Shown: positions 1-9,832, counted from the first letter of the stretch. The stretch is 64,000 bases of DNA from an uncultured Candidatus Saccharibacteria bacterium (GCA_964387275.1 CAYLVW010000001.1:291508-355507); one strand, 5' to 3'. Notes: a model not told the origin generated them from the sequence alone. Made by a program: numbers and translations.

Positions 1-783
1 GGATTTATCCAATATATAATTTTGCCAGATTTTTCAACTTTGGATCCCAAACTTGGGTGGGATCCCCATAAATACAGATTAACAGGAACTTTTTTCGATC
101 CAAATTTTGCAGGCGCATTTATTGTTTTGGGGTTACTTGCTTTGCTTTTTAAGATTGACACTAAGAAAAGCCTAAATTTTAATGATTTCTTAATAGGATT
201 TTCATTATTGTCTGCAATACTACTTACTTATTCTCGAAGCGCTTGGCTTATGTTGGCTGCCATCATTTTTATCTTGGGATTTAAATATAAAGAGATATTA
301 GTCTTCTCTTTGTTTATATTTTTTGCAGCTTACTTAGCAGTTCCTAGGATACAGACTAGACTAAGTGGCACAACTGATCCTGCGGATTCTGCACACTTTA
401 GATTAATTTCTTGGAAAAATGCATACAGTATTTATTCTGACAACAAAATGTTCGGTGTGGGTTTTAATGCATATAGGTATGCTCAGAATCAGGAAAAGTT
501 TTTAAATGATACTAACTTTGAGGGTAATTCTGGTGCTGGAGCAGATTCTAGTTTTCTTTTGGTTTTAGCAACAACAGGTGTTATAGGCTTTATCCTTTTT
601 CTGGTGTCCTACTTATTTCCGATTGTGGAGTCACAGGCTGGAATCTATGTATTTGCTTTGTTATTTTCTTTAGCTCTAAATACCCAGTTTATAAATTCTC
701 TATTTTATCCTCAAATCTTATTTTATATGTTTATTTTAATTGAGATTTTTAGTAACCAGTTGAATTTACGTAAGTTATTGTAA
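1..783 (+). CDS. O-antigen ligase/Wzy-like polytopic membrane protein, 5'-truncated by the window edge (no in-frame stop upstream of 22).
   Basis: Multi-TM, hydrophobic sequence; the motif pattern resembles Wzy_C/O-antigen ligase. The reading frame is open from position 1. Confidence 0.45.
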   Translation, partial: GFIQYIILPDFSTLDPKLGWDPHKYRLTGTFFDPNFAGAFIVLGLLALLFKIDTKKSLNFNDFLIGFSLLSAILLTYSRSAWLMLAAIIFILGFKYKEILVFSLFIFFAAYLAVPRIQTRLSGTTDPADSAHFRLISWKNAYSIYSDNKMFGVGFNAYRYAQNQEKFLNDTNFEGNSGAGADSSFLLVLATTGVIGFILFLVSYLFPIVESQAGIYVFALLFSLALNTQFINSLFYPQILFYMFILIEIFSNQLNLRKLL

Positions 784-1507
784 TTTTATCATCTTTTGTG
801 TTTCCTGCTTCATCAGTTGCTAATAATTTAATTTCTGACGTACCTTCTTTTACTCCCAATAAGAATTCAAAAGTAAGGTCTGGTTTTATTACAACTAATC
901 TATCATCAATCTTAAGCGAGCCTTTTTCAGAAAGCTTACCTTTAATTGTTATTCTCTTATCAAGATTTTTGATGATGGATTTGTCTTTTGGTGAGTCTAT
1001 TGTTATTTCCGGTTTTTGTGTATCTACCTCTATATAGATACTTTTTGAGTTTTCACTTTCATTTCCTGCTTCATCAGAGGCTTTTGCAAAAATAGTATTT
1101 TTCCCATTTATTAGTGGTAAATCAAATAAATTAAATTGACCTGTAGTATCTGTAACAGTGGTTTGTACTTCGGGGCCATTTACAAAAATTTTAATCTTAG
1201 AGGCAGGCTCAGCGTAGCCCTTAACAGACGCAGTGCTTTCTTTGGTTTTAGTAGGGAACTCATAGATAATTGGCGGTTGGGGTGGAGTAGTGTCTTTTGT
1301 ACTTACATATCTACTGGAAGATAGAAATCCAAATAATGTACCAATTTGCGGTCCAAAAAATACAACTGCTACAATAAGAAATACAACTATTCCTACCATG
1401 ATAAGTATTGTAGTTGCTAGTCTTTGTTGTAGTTGTGTCTCAGAGAACTCATGAATTTTTAGATTTGGCTTTTGCCTTATTTGTGGCATATAGTTTGATT
1501 TTATCAC
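749..1507 (-). CDS. Membrane-anchored extracellular protein: N-terminal TM followed by repeated beta-rich (Ig-like) segments.
   Basis: One TM helix sits after about 35 aa; the rest is Thr/Lys-rich repetitive beta sequence. No recognisable catalytic motif. Confidence 0.35.
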   Translation of the reverse strand: MIKSNYMPQIRQKPNLKIHEFSETQLQQRLATTILIMVGIVVFLIVAVVFFGPQIGTLFGFLSSSRYVSTKDTTPPQPPIIYEFPTKTKESTASVKGYAEPASKIKIFVNGPEVQTTVTDTTGQFNLFDLPLINGKNTIFAKASDEAGNESENSKSIYIEVDTQKPEITIDSPKDKSIIKNLDKRITIKGKLSEKGSLKIDDRLVVIKPDLTFEFLLGVKEGTSEIKLLATDEAGNTKDDKITITYVNSTGY

Positions 1508-1639
1508 TTTTACAATTTTCTAGCATAGATTAAAGTCACCCATTTTGTATATACGGCAATCAGAGCAAAAATTTGTCACAAATTATAGAGAAATAGTAAA
1601 CTTTGTGCTTTCTACTGAGGGTGTTTCACAAAAATTTTT

Positions 1640-1714
1640 TGGAGCCGATAGTCGGAATCGAACCGACGACCCACCCCTTACGAAGGGGTTGCTCTACCAA
1701 CTGAGCTATATCGG
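1640..1714 (-). tRNA. tRNA-Thr (anticodon CGT)
   Basis: The reverse complement folds as a cloverleaf: acceptor GCCGATA/TATCGGC, D-arm GCTC/GAGC, anticodon stem ACCCC/GGGGT with loop TTCGTAA, T-loop TTCGATT, encoded CCA. Confidence 0.85.
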
Positions 1715-2077
1715 CGTAGGAGCACTTATATCATAGCTTCAAAATACTGGTTATTGTAGCTCAAATTATTAAGTAAACCGAAAGAACATACAACCGTAGA
1801 TTTTGCTCCGTAGGGCTTCATTATCTTAGTTTCTGACCCTCTTTGCAACAGATTAAGCTACTATTACTAGAACTAAGTGATTTTGCTGTTGCAACAAAGC
1901 TAGCTAGACATATACCCTATAGTATGGTAAAATTGCTTGTTCTTGGATATTTCCAAGCGAACCTTAAAATACAAACCAACCTGCAAATTTTAGCACCTGT
2001 CCCACAGGAATTTAAATATATTTTTTGAGTTTCTGTTGGGCATGTGCTGAATTGTGTGCACAAGCATCAAAACTTAG

Positions 2078-3088
2078 GTGAAATACCTTGCAATAGGGCT
2101 TTCACATGGAGTTGTCATGAAAAAGGTAGTCGTTTTTATCGGTAGTTTACTATTGGGTTTGGCTATGTTTATTTTTATTAGTATTCCCCAAGCTACGCCG
2201 AATTGTCTAGCGCTAAGTGTTGAGGAAGCTTCTGCTCAAGGTATTTTGTGTGAGGAGTCTCCGACTCCCCAAAACACTAATACCCCTGAGGATACAGCGA
2301 CCGCTGTTCCTACTGAGACACCTAACCCTACGGCTACAGCAAGTCCGTTGCCTAGCGCAACGAGTACTACTGAGCCAACAGTAACTAAGGAGTCTACAAC
2401 TACCCCTACGTTTACGAAATCACCAACCCCAGTAACTCCTACGGAAACTAGAGTTGTGATTTCTACTATTGAGGCGACACGTACCTCTACCCCAACTACA
2501 ACCCCCACACCTGTTGTGGTGGTTACACCTACCCCAACCCCCGTGGTCACGACTCAGACTCCAACGCCTGAGCCCACCCCTACTAGTCCTCCTGCTGAGG
2601 AGACACCTGTCCCAACTCCTACTGAGGAGGTTAAGATTCCGGTGACTCTTCCAGAAACGGGAGCTAGTGCTCAAATCAATGAGCCTAACGAAGATTGGGA
2701 AGTAATTGGTTCCATTACCATTTATTCAGGGGATAAGGTTTATCTGGTAGACGACATCTACAAAGCTCGCTTTACTTTGGGCTACGTCGATGGAATCTAT
2801 TCGGCTATTCCTCAGGTGCCCTCTGATGGCTTTGCCTACGATGGCAATGGCCACATTTATGGTCACCTAATCACTAAGAGTCGTTTCTTGAACCCTAAAG
2901 TCGGCTACACCGTTATCTTTATCCTGTACGGCGCAAGCCATACAATGGTTATTGATAACGTAGCTAAGACTGCCGGGTTTAATGGTTCTATGGAACCTAA
3001 CTCTCCTAATAATTTTGAGCTTGTGACGTGCTGGTGGGATGATGTTGCTGATGATTTTGGCGGTAACATTTTCTACCGGTTGAAGTAG
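2078..3088 (+). CDS. Sortase-like transpeptidase: N-terminal TM anchor, Pro/Thr-rich linker, C-terminal sortase-fold domain. An LPETG motif lies within its own linker. The start may be the internal Met at about 2117.
   Basis: The C-terminal region aligns by eye to S. aureus SrtA: NGHIYGH (His), PKVGYTVIF against KKGSMVYF, IDNVAKTAG against IRDVKPTDV, FELVTCWWDD against LTLITCDDY (catalytic Cys), and a downstream Arg in FYRLK. Confidence 0.5.
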   Translation: MKYLAIGLSHGVVMKKVVVFIGSLLLGLAMFIFISIPQATPNCLALSVEEASAQGILCEESPTPQNTNTPEDTATAVPTETPNPTATASPLPSATSTTEPTVTKESTTTPTFTKSPTPVTPTETRVVISTIEATRTSTPTTTPTPVVVVTPTPTPVVTTQTPTPEPTPTSPPAEETPVPTPTEEVKIPVTLPETGASAQINEPNEDWEVIGSITIYSGDKVYLVDDIYKARFTLGYVDGIYSAIPQVPSDGFAYDGNGHIYGHLITKSRFLNPKVGYTVIFILYGASHTMVIDNVAKTAGFNGSMEPNSPNNFELVTCWWDDVADDFGGNIFYRLK

Positions 3089-3132
3089 GTTGGTGGAGCA
3101 CAAGATCAAGTGCTCTAATTAAGGTGGGAAGT

Positions 3133-3205
3133 GGAGACAGTGCTAAAGAGAGTAGAATAGTAAACCTTTTAAGGTGAACATTCTATACACTCTTTCACTG
3201 TCTCC
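3133..3205. other. Long imperfect hairpin, about 73 nt: 10-bp perfect outer arms GGAGACAGTG/CACTGTCTCC, an inner stem, and a central ACCTT-TT-AAGGT hairpin. Possible terminator or structured RNA.
   Basis: The inverted repeats are read directly from the sequence downstream of the sortase-like gene. A second small hairpin, GAGCAC..GTGCTC, lies at about 3097-3117. Confidence 0.3.
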
Positions 3206-3414
3206 CTAACTAGTCTTTTAGTAATAACTAAAACTGAAGAGCTTAGCAGAAATGCTAAAAGCGAAACTAGTTTGATTATAAAACCGTTAATGTTAACAGA
3301 AATTAGCGAATTTCCGTACAAGCTTGTAGTTACTTATTACAGCAGAGGCGTAACTTTGGAATATTAACTAAAAAAAGATAATGTTATTATACCTATGTGC
3401 AGGGTGTTGTGGGT

Positions 3415-3915
3415 CTAAAATATAGTATCTTTTTTATTATCTATTGAAAACTTGAGTGTAAGGAAACTTGCCACGCCTGTAAGAACAACAGATAGGATTT
3501 TTGATATTTCGGCTAATATATCTGTATAAAAGAGTAAATTAAGTTTTTCTAAAATATAGTTCCAATCATGAATTACATTTTCTCCTCCAAATAGCTGCAG
3601 CTTCATATCTAATGCATCACCCATATAGATAGAAATATTCATTATGTTTTGAGCTAGCCAGAAAAGCAGAACTGAGCCTGAAAAAAAGTCTTTTCTTAAG
3701 AAGAAATAGCCAGCAAACAAGCTAGGTATAGCTATTTGAAATAGTGTCCCACCAAGTACACTTATAAATTCTCCTAACGGTGTCGTGAGTAGATGGCCCG
3801 CCTCGTGTACCAGGAAATTTATGCTGTTAAGCAATAAGAATTGCTCTGGAAATATTAAATAGTAAGAAAAAATAATAGTTAATAAGATAGATATCGCTGT
3901 TTTTATATATTTCAC
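3415..3915 (-). CDS. Polytopic membrane protein with an HEAGH (HExxH) motif; putative membrane zinc metalloprotease.
   Basis: There are about 5 TM helices. HEAGH lies in or near TM2 and GEF follows, the pattern seen in intramembrane/CPBP-like metalloproteases. Confidence 0.35.
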   Translation of the reverse strand: MKYIKTAISILLTIIFSYYLIFPEQFLLLNSINFLVHEAGHLLTTPLGEFISVLGGTLFQIAIPSLFAGYFFLRKDFFSGSVLLFWLAQNIMNISIYMGDALDMKLQLFGGENVIHDWNYILEKLNLLFYTDILAEISKILSVVLTGVASFLTLKFSIDNKKDTIF

Positions 3916-4020
3916 ATAAATATTCTACCAATATCTGTGTTAATTTTAGTAATTAAAGGATTGTATTTGTAAAATCTTGGAAACTCTACATTACTTTGTT
4001 AGTGTGTACAGTATGTATAA

Positions 4021-4248
4021 TTGTTTGTAGGAGGTATGCACATGTTTAATGTAAATGAAGGGAAAACAGATAGGTTAGTTAGAATAGTTTTGGGCGTTGT
4101 TGCATTATATTTTAGTTACTTTGTTTTTACAGATATTTTGCAATTGATTTCCTACATAGTTGCTTTTGCCGCATTGATTACCGGGCTGACCGGGTTTTGT
4201 GGTTTATACAAATTGCTTGGAATAAATACCTGTCCTATCAAGAAATAG
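4021..4248 (+). CDS. DUF2892 (YgaP-like) small inner-membrane protein.
   Basis: N-terminal xVNxGxxDRxVRIVLG, two TM helices, and a C-terminal GLTGFCGLYKLLGINTC motif characteristic of DUF2892. Confidence 0.6.
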   Translation: MFVGGMHMFNVNEGKTDRLVRIVLGVVALYFSYFVFTDILQLISYIVAFAALITGLTGFCGLYKLLGINTCPIKK

Positions 4249-4311
4249 GCTAAAAACTTACAAATAACTATTTGCAGTGATATAATCTGGCCATCTTGAG
4301 AGGGAGGACAC

Positions 4312-4698
4312 ATGAACATACTTGTTGGGAAATTTAAGGATGTTTTTGATGTTGCTAAGATTTTGAGGAGACATAGGGGGTGGATGCTCCTAGCTATGCC
4401 TCCGTTTCCTTTATATCCTCATTATAGAAAGCCTGATGTTTTAACTAGAGATGGTTATCACAATTCTTATAAATCTATTTTATACTGGCATGAAGATAGT
4501 ATTGCAAATAAGATCTTGGAGGCAGCTCAAACTCAAAACTTAGGCCGTGAGGTTATTAGGCGATACAGTGTTTACTCAACTTCATCTACATTATCCTCAG
4601 ACGACTTGCTAAAAAAACTTGCTTCCGGGTTGGAAGTAATTACTGTTATAGAAGAGGACTATGGCCAGAAACTCACGAAAGTAACTTTTGTCTATTAG
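4312..4698 (+). CDS. Hypothetical protein (128 aa), no recognisable domain.
   Basis: The ORF is followed by a clear intrinsic terminator. Confidence 0.35.
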   Translation: MNILVGKFKDVFDVAKILRRHRGWMLLAMPPFPLYPHYRKPDVLTRDGYHNSYKSILYWHEDSIANKILEAAQTQNLGREVIRRYSVYSTSSTLSSDDLLKKLASGLEVITVIEEDYGQKLTKVTFVY

Positions 4699-4718
4699 TA
4701 TAGTTTTGTAGCTATATA

Positions 4719-4758
4719 GCTGCTTTTTTGGAATTCTTAACCAAAAAGCAGCTTTTTT
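4719..4758 (+). terminator. Rho-independent terminator: GCTGCTTTTTTGG - 9-nt loop - CCAAAAAGCAGC, followed by a T-run.
   Basis: Perfect 12-13 bp stem followed by TTTTTT. Confidence 0.6.
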
Positions 4759-4903
4759 AGTTATAGCTTTTATTGTTACCACAGCTATATCTCCTCAGAA
4801 ATTCTATGTTAGTTTAGGTTACACCACATGGATATCAATATAAATTGACAGATATCGATGTATTCTGTTCTAATTATAGAAGTGTTTATTTTGAAAGACT
4901 CGC

Positions 4904-7165
4904 ATGAAAAATAAAAACGGTTTCGTTGATCCGCATTTAATGCTTATAGTTCTTATAGTTATGGCAGTTGTTGGTGTCGGCACAGTTGCTTATAACAAAG
5001 TTAATCCAGCAAATTTTAGTTTTTTAGGGGCATCATCTGGAACGTTGACTTACTCTGCAACTAAAACCAATTCAATCGGTGAGGAAGATGGGAATGCTTT
5101 TAATGTTATTCCTGTAGGTTCTCAAGGGTGGCTTGGTAATGGGGGCGGTACAGGTTATTTAGGTATAAGGTTTACAGGCGATAAATTGCCAAGTGGTGCA
5201 AAGATTAAGAACGCTAAGGTTTCTTTTACTTCCCCTAGTGATCAATGGATCCAACTAGATCTTGATATTAGAGGAGACGACGTCACAACTTCTGACCCTT
5301 TTTCCGACTCAAGAAGACCCTCTCAAAGACTTATGACTGATGCAGTAACTAAAGTATCAGAGAATGTAAAGTGGTCTAAAGGGAAAACATACAGCTATGA
5401 TGTAACAGATATTGTTAAAGAAGTTTTTAGTCAAAATTCTGAAGTAAGTACTGTCTCATTAATTGCTAAAGGTACAGGCAGTAACTGGTCGAGAAAGCAA
5501 ATTTCAAACACAAAAAATTCACCTAAACTTACAATTACATATGAACTTCCCAGTATGCCTACTCCAAGTGTGACATCTACACCTACACCAGTTCCCACAG
5601 TGACACCTGATCCTGTGCCAAGCGTAACACCAACTCCAACACCCACACCAAGTGCAACACCTACCCCAACACCTACGCATTCGCCAAGCATAACACCAAC
5701 ACCCGTACCAACAGTAACTTCTACTCCAACTCCTTTACCTACTCAAATTGGAGGTGTGTTTAATCCTGCAGCTGCTATAGCAGCTACATCCTACGGTATC
5801 TGGGATCCAGCTAATCCTCTATATCAAGGATCAGGCGATAAGATATACCCAATTTGTAGCAAGATAGCTCACGACAGCTATTTTGTTGTAGGCCCAGATG
5901 GTAAGAAATACCCAACTTGGCACCCGCCTATTGTAACGGATCCAACTACTGGTAAGCTTTGTTCTTTTGGGCATGAACATGGAAGAGATCCTTCAAAGTC
6001 CCTACTTTGGCAACAAGTTAAAGAATATTTCTACTACGATGCTAATAACAACGGAAGAATGGATGCGAATGAGGAAGCAGTGGCTGGATTACCTTTTGGT
6101 TATACCAATGAGCAATTTTCTGCTTATCATTCATCAAATCATAGTACAACTATGAGACACGAAGATCATGTTGGTCATAAAGTAGATTTTGCTAACGGTG
6201 AGGGTGAGATCGCTACACACCAGGAAAACAGCAGTACAACTAATGGTGTAAGAGTGGGAAGACTTGGCAACGGAGTTATGTCTAAATATACCGGTGTTAG
6301 GTGTTACTACCTTGCAAAACCTCACCAAGGTGTAAGTTCTGCAGATGCATTTACAAATAACGTGCACGAAGTTTTCTATTTTGCTAACTGTTGGGCAGAC
6401 AATTCGTCGTATAACCAGAAAATAAGTGTAGCTGTAATGATGCCGTTTGGGAAACCAGGGGGGTTTAATAAGTTTATGCCTCTGTGCGGAATTGAGAGAC
6501 GAGAAGATCCACAAGATTTTGTAAATATTGGAACTAATGCAATGAATGCTAACTACTTATCTGGTCCTGGGAACAGGGAGATAGTAAGCAGAGACTGTGT
6601 AGAGAGAGGAATCCTAGTTCCACAAGGACAGTTCTCTGGTAACTTTTATGAAGCTTGGCCTGCTTCTCTTCAAATTACTCGTTCTAACGGAACAAGTATT
6701 GCGTCTGGTATAAACCTTTTGTTTGATGTAGAAGACGCAAATAGATACTATGATCCGTCTAAGCCAAATAACTTGGGATATACAATGGATTTATGTTATG
6801 AAGAAATATCTGGCGGTAGAAGAGTTAGAGGTGGTGCTTGCGAATGGGCAACTAATTATAATACAGGTCCCTCGGTGCCTACTTCACAAAGAATAGCTTG
6901 GAACAGTCCAAGGTCAGGGTTTAAAGGTATTCATAGAGGAATGTACTTCATGCCTGCTGTAATTTCTAATGCAGGTGGCCCTGAGTATTGGTACTCAGAT
7001 CCTTATGGAAGAAATGCATCTGCTACACCATTTCCAGGCTCCATCAAGCAACAGATTAGTTCCAAGAATCTAAACTACTCCACTTTGATTAACGATTCCA
7101 TTGACCCTAGAGTTAATGATAGGATTCATGACGATGGAAACGGTTCTGTCTATGCTCCAAACTAG
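4904..7165 (+). CDS. Large secreted/anchored protein: N-terminal TM, a ~150-aa beta module (shared with the C-terminus of the 36827-38605 protein), a Pro/Thr/Val/Ser linker, and a ~480-aa C-terminal domain of unknown function.
   Basis: TM at residues 12-30; PT-rich linker at about residues 205-265. The N-terminal module aligns to the C-terminal module of ORF 36827..38605 ([14 protein letters not shown] against GDQWIQVDFELYGE; [15 protein letters not shown] against ISKGTGSQFGKKSVS). Confidence 0.5.
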   Translation: MKNKNGFVDPHLMLIVLIVMAVVGVGTVAYNKVNPANFSFLGASSGTLTYSATKTNSIGEEDGNAFNVIPVGSQGWLGNGGGTGYLGIRFTGDKLPSGAKIKNAKVSFTSPSDQWIQLDLDIRGDDVTTSDPFSDSRRPSQRLMTDAVTKVSENVKWSKGKTYSYDVTDIVKEVFSQNSEVSTVSLIAKGTGSNWSRKQISNTKNSPKLTITYELPSMPTPSVTSTPTPVPTVTPDPVPSVTPTPTPTPSATPTPTPTHSPSITPTPVPTVTSTPTPLPTQIGGVFNPAAAIAATSYGIWDPANPLYQGSGDKIYPICSKIAHDSYFVVGPDGKKYPTWHPPIVTDPTTGKLCSFGHEHGRDPSKSLLWQQVKEYFYYDANNNGRMDANEEAVAGLPFGYTNEQFSAYHSSNHSTTMRHEDHVGHKVDFANGEGEIATHQENSSTTNGVRVGRLGNGVMSKYTGVRCYYLAKPHQGVSSADAFTNNVHEVFYFANCWADNSSYNQKISVAVMMPFGKPGGFNKFMPLCGIERREDPQDFVNIGTNAMNANYLSGPGNREIVSRDCVERGILVPQGQFSGNFYEAWPASLQITRSNGTSIASGINLLFDVEDANRYYDPSKPNNLGYTMDLCYEEISGGRRVRGGACEWATNYNTGPSVPTSQRIAWNSPRSGFKGIHRGMYFMPAVISNAGGPEYWYSDPYGRNASATPFPGSIKQQISSKNLNYSTLINDSIDPRVNDRIHDDGNGSVYAPN

Positions 7166-7184
7166 TATTTAGGAGTTTTTTGAA

Positions 7185-7222
7185 GAAGCCCGCATACTGA
7201 AAGCATGCGGGCTTCTTGTTTT
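7185..7222. terminator. Bidirectional intrinsic terminator: GAAGCCCGCAT - loop - ATGCGGGCTTC, followed by TTGTTTTC.
   Basis: Perfect 11-bp GC-rich stem between convergent genes. Confidence 0.6.
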
Positions 7223-7360
7223 CTACGTCAAGATCAGCTATATACAACTTAGTTAAATAAAAACTTTTCAATAAAAATAAAAGACCACTTTTGAAACGTG
7301 GCCTTTCATTCTAAATTAACAAAACCCCATAACGAAGTTTTTACTAATTTATAAGTTAAA

Positions 7361-7744
7361 TTATTGATTTTGAACTTCGACCTGGAAACCTCCGTAGGCC
7401 ATTTTCTTCATATCAAACGGCATTTCCATATTAACTTCACTATTTTCTTGTTTTGACATTTCTTCCATTACTTTTGCGTTAACCTCATCCCTGTGTTCTT
7501 TGGATTTAAATACTATAAAAGAAAACCAAACTGTTTCATCTTTACCGGCTCCGGCCATTTCTGGAAAAGCTCGTGTTTTTTCCGATCCCATTTCTTGTTG
7601 TTTGTAATCATCTCCACGACATTCGTAGTAATCCAATGCGCCGTGTTTCATCCATAGTTCTCTACCTCCTTCGGCCATTTTTATATATTCTTCAGTTTTG
7701 TCATTTGGTATAACTAAAACAAAACCATCTACATATTTTGACAT
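7361..7744 (-). CDS. DUF1428 (YbaA-like) family protein.
   Basis: MSKYVDGFVLVIPNDKTEEY...HGALDYYECRGDD matches the conserved DUF1428 N-terminus (VDGFVLPVPKDK..HGALEYVEC). Confidence 0.6.
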   Translation of the reverse strand: MSKYVDGFVLVIPNDKTEEYIKMAEGGRELWMKHGALDYYECRGDDYKQQEMGSEKTRAFPEMAGAGKDETVWFSFIVFKSKEHRDEVNAKVMEEMSKQENSEVNMEMPFDMKKMAYGGFQVEVQNQ

Positions 7745-7887
7745 TAAATTTCTCCTAAATTTATACTGTATTTATTTTACTAAAGATATGTTTAGTAAGG
7801 AATACAGCATTTATTGTAGGTACAATTAAAAGTCTATCCACAAAGTTTCAAAATTTCTTTAAATAAGCTTTCCTATTTTGTGTTAGA

Positions 7888-8592
7888 ATGAGCTTCATGA
7901 TTTCAGAAGTAACACATCAATCAATAAGCTATATAAATAGTCTATCTAGTAGTATTCCACTGCCGGTTTTTGCGTTTTTAGGATCAATTATTGAGGAAAT
8001 AATTGCGCCAATTCCGTCACCATTGATAATGACCTTAGCGGGTACCATGGCTGCCTCTTTAGGTAAAACCTGGCCTTACTTAGTGCTACTGTCTCTTACT
8101 GGAGCTGTAGGTAAAACTATAGCAAGTTACTTCATCTATCTTGTAGCTGATAAATTTGAAGACGTTGTTCTAGTAAAATTTGGCAAATTTATTGGATTAA
8201 CCCATGCTCAGGTAGAAGGAATAGGGCAGCATCTAAACAAAGGGATAAGAGATGATATAGTCTTAACACTGCTAAGGGCGCTACCAATAATACCGTCCGC
8301 TCCTATTTCAGCTATTTGTGGTCTTATAAAACTAAACTTAAGAACATACTTAACCTCAACACTTATAGGTACTTTCATTAGAAATTTTGTATATCTAATA
8401 GCAGGTTATACAGGGTTAAACGCAGCTGAAGAATTTATTGTTAGTATGGAGAGTCTGGAAGTTGTTGTTTATCTATTCGTTGCAATAATAACAATCGCTT
8501 CAATTTCTTATTTTTATTACCAAAAGCATAAAGATGCTATCCTACACAAGTTTTTTAATAACAATCAATCAGATAGTAAAACTAACTTGTAG
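7888..8592 (+). CDS. DedA/VTT-family membrane protein.
   Basis: About 6 TM helices. The FxxxxxEExxxPxPS and G..G motifs in the first re-entrant segment are typical of DedA. Confidence 0.5.
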   Translation: MSFMISEVTHQSISYINSLSSSIPLPVFAFLGSIIEEIIAPIPSPLIMTLAGTMAASLGKTWPYLVLLSLTGAVGKTIASYFIYLVADKFEDVVLVKFGKFIGLTHAQVEGIGQHLNKGIRDDIVLTLLRALPIIPSAPISAICGLIKLNLRTYLTSTLIGTFIRNFVYLIAGYTGLNAAEEFIVSMESLEVVVYLFVAIITIASISYFYYQKHKDAILHKFFNNNQSDSKTNL

Positions 8593-8754
8593 ATGTGCTA
8601 CTCGAAAATTCAAAGCAGTACCGAACATATAATCTAATGATGGGTCTTTTAGCCACGAAAAAAGAAATTTACCTAGAATCGCAAAACTATTCCAGCATTT
8701 TATAACTTTTTACAGGAAGATGATATCAAATAGCCACAAGTTCTCTGGAGTGGT

Positions 8755-8812
8755 TGGAACTTTAAACTTCTGGTCAAGGCGACGAGTCTATCGGAATTTC
8801 AAACATCTGGAG
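8755..8812. repeat. Left copy of an imperfect direct repeat (GGAACTTTAAAC...TCGGAATTTCAAACATCTGGAG) flanking the HIT-like gene; the right copy is at 9431-9488.
   Basis: Both sub-motifs, GGAACTTT[A/G]AAC and TCGGAA[T/C]TTCAAACATCTGGAG, recur with the same spacing about 675 bp apart. Confidence 0.45.
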
Positions 8813-8834
8813 CTCCTCTTGAGTCCGGAAACTC

Positions 8835-9323
8835 TTAGATTAAATTCCATTCTGCCAAACTGTATCTAGGGTCTTCCTCGGCTATTTTTATCTGTTTAAC
8901 TATTTCTTGTATATCATTAGCATTTAGTGGTATAAAACCATCATAAAAACCAGTAGATCTATCCGGTAAATATACAGATTCGGGGAATGGTTGTTTTTTA
9001 GCGTGTAATACACGACCCATTATATGGTAATGCAAAAAAGGTGCTTTGTTTTCTTTATATGACCAATTTCCCATATCCTGATAATTTATTTTAATTACAG
9101 GAATGCCTAAATTATTCATAGCTAACTCTAAAGCCTCTCCTACAATCGTAGAAATTCGCATAAATTCGATTGCTACTTTTGGACTAAGTTTTGTTCTATC
9201 TGTAATTGAATGATCTTTAGTACTTATTCTCAGATGACCACCTTCTTCTCTTGATACAAAAGGTTTTTCATGTGTTTCTACTATAAAGTTTGGTGTTTCA
9301 TATATTATTGCCATGTTTTTCAT
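8835..9323 (-). CDS. HIT-like superfamily protein with a degenerate histidine triad (LHYHIMGR).
   Basis: The N-terminal FIVETHEKP...GGHLRI resembles the HIT nucleotide-binding strand; the HYH motif is not canonical. The gene is flanked by ~60-bp direct repeats. Confidence 0.4.
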   Translation of the reverse strand: MKNMAIIYETPNFIVETHEKPFVSREEGGHLRISTKDHSITDRTKLSPKVAIEFMRISTIVGEALELAMNNLGIPVIKINYQDMGNWSYKENKAPFLHYHIMGRVLHAKKQPFPESVYLPDRSTGFYDGFIPLNANDIQEIVKQIKIAEEDPRYSLAEWNLI

Positions 9324-9430
9324 TTTACCACTAGAAATAGCTATTGATTACATCATTTAATTGCGTCACTACTGTGTTTATGAGTTGAACTTTAATGAAT
9401 ATAAAGATTAAATAATCCGAACGGGTCACT

Positions 9431-9488
9431 CGGAACTTTGAACAAAAGCCTAGGGAGACGGAACGGTCGGAACTTCAAACATCTGGAG
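9431..9488. repeat. Right copy of the direct repeat flanking the HIT-like gene.
   Basis: CGGAACTTTGAAC...TCGGAACTTCAAACATCTGGAG; see the left copy at 8755-8812. Confidence 0.45.
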
Positions 9489-9553
9489 GCAAATCGTCGC
9501 TTTGCTCCTATTGCACTCAAAGTACTAAAGCTCTCTTTGTTCACTAAGTACTT

Positions 9554-9628
9554 TGGAGCGGGTGACGAGATTCGAACTCGCGGTCTTCTCCTTGGGAAGG
9601 AGACGCTTTACCACTAAGCCACACCCGC
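9554..9628 (-). tRNA. tRNA-Gly (anticodon CCC)
   Basis: The reverse complement is GCGGGTG..GCTTAGTGGTAAAGC..CTCCT-TCCCAAG-AGGAG..GTTCGAATC..CACCCGC-T-CCA. Confidence 0.85.
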
Positions 9629-9806
9629 AGATAAAAATAATTGTAACTTGAGCAACTACTAATAATTTTTTACGTACTAATTTTGTCAGTAGGCCAAGTA
9701 TTAAGGAGTATACCAAACCTTGTCTAAAATTCCGATCCTGATTTATAACTCAGTAATTTATCAGAAAAATGTAGTTTGATTTAGTAGGTAGGATTTTGCA
9801 CAAAAA

Positions 9807-9832
9807 AAGCCGGGATTTCTCCCGGCTTTTTT
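9807..9832. terminator. Bidirectional intrinsic terminator: AAAAAAAGCCGGGA-TTTC-TCCCGGCTTTTTT.
   Basis: Perfect GC stem flanked by A-run and T-run. Confidence 0.6.

Noticed and set aside
1545-1736. ORFs overlapping tRNA genes: 1545-1736 over tRNA-Thr, 9525-9716 over tRNA-Gly, 10630-10824 over tRNA-Asp.
   Set aside because: Each fully contains a confidently folded tRNA and has no protein-like composition, so they are spurious.
2236-2674. Antisense ORFs encoding Gly/Val-rich peptides (2236-2550, 2420-2674). Equivalent ORFs lie at 5431-5691, 34268-34480, 34589-34792, 37459-37716 and 37873-38127.
   Set aside because: They are the reverse complement of Pro/Thr-linker codon repeats inside well-supported genes on the other strand. 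Their low-complexity GVGV translation is a repeat artefact.
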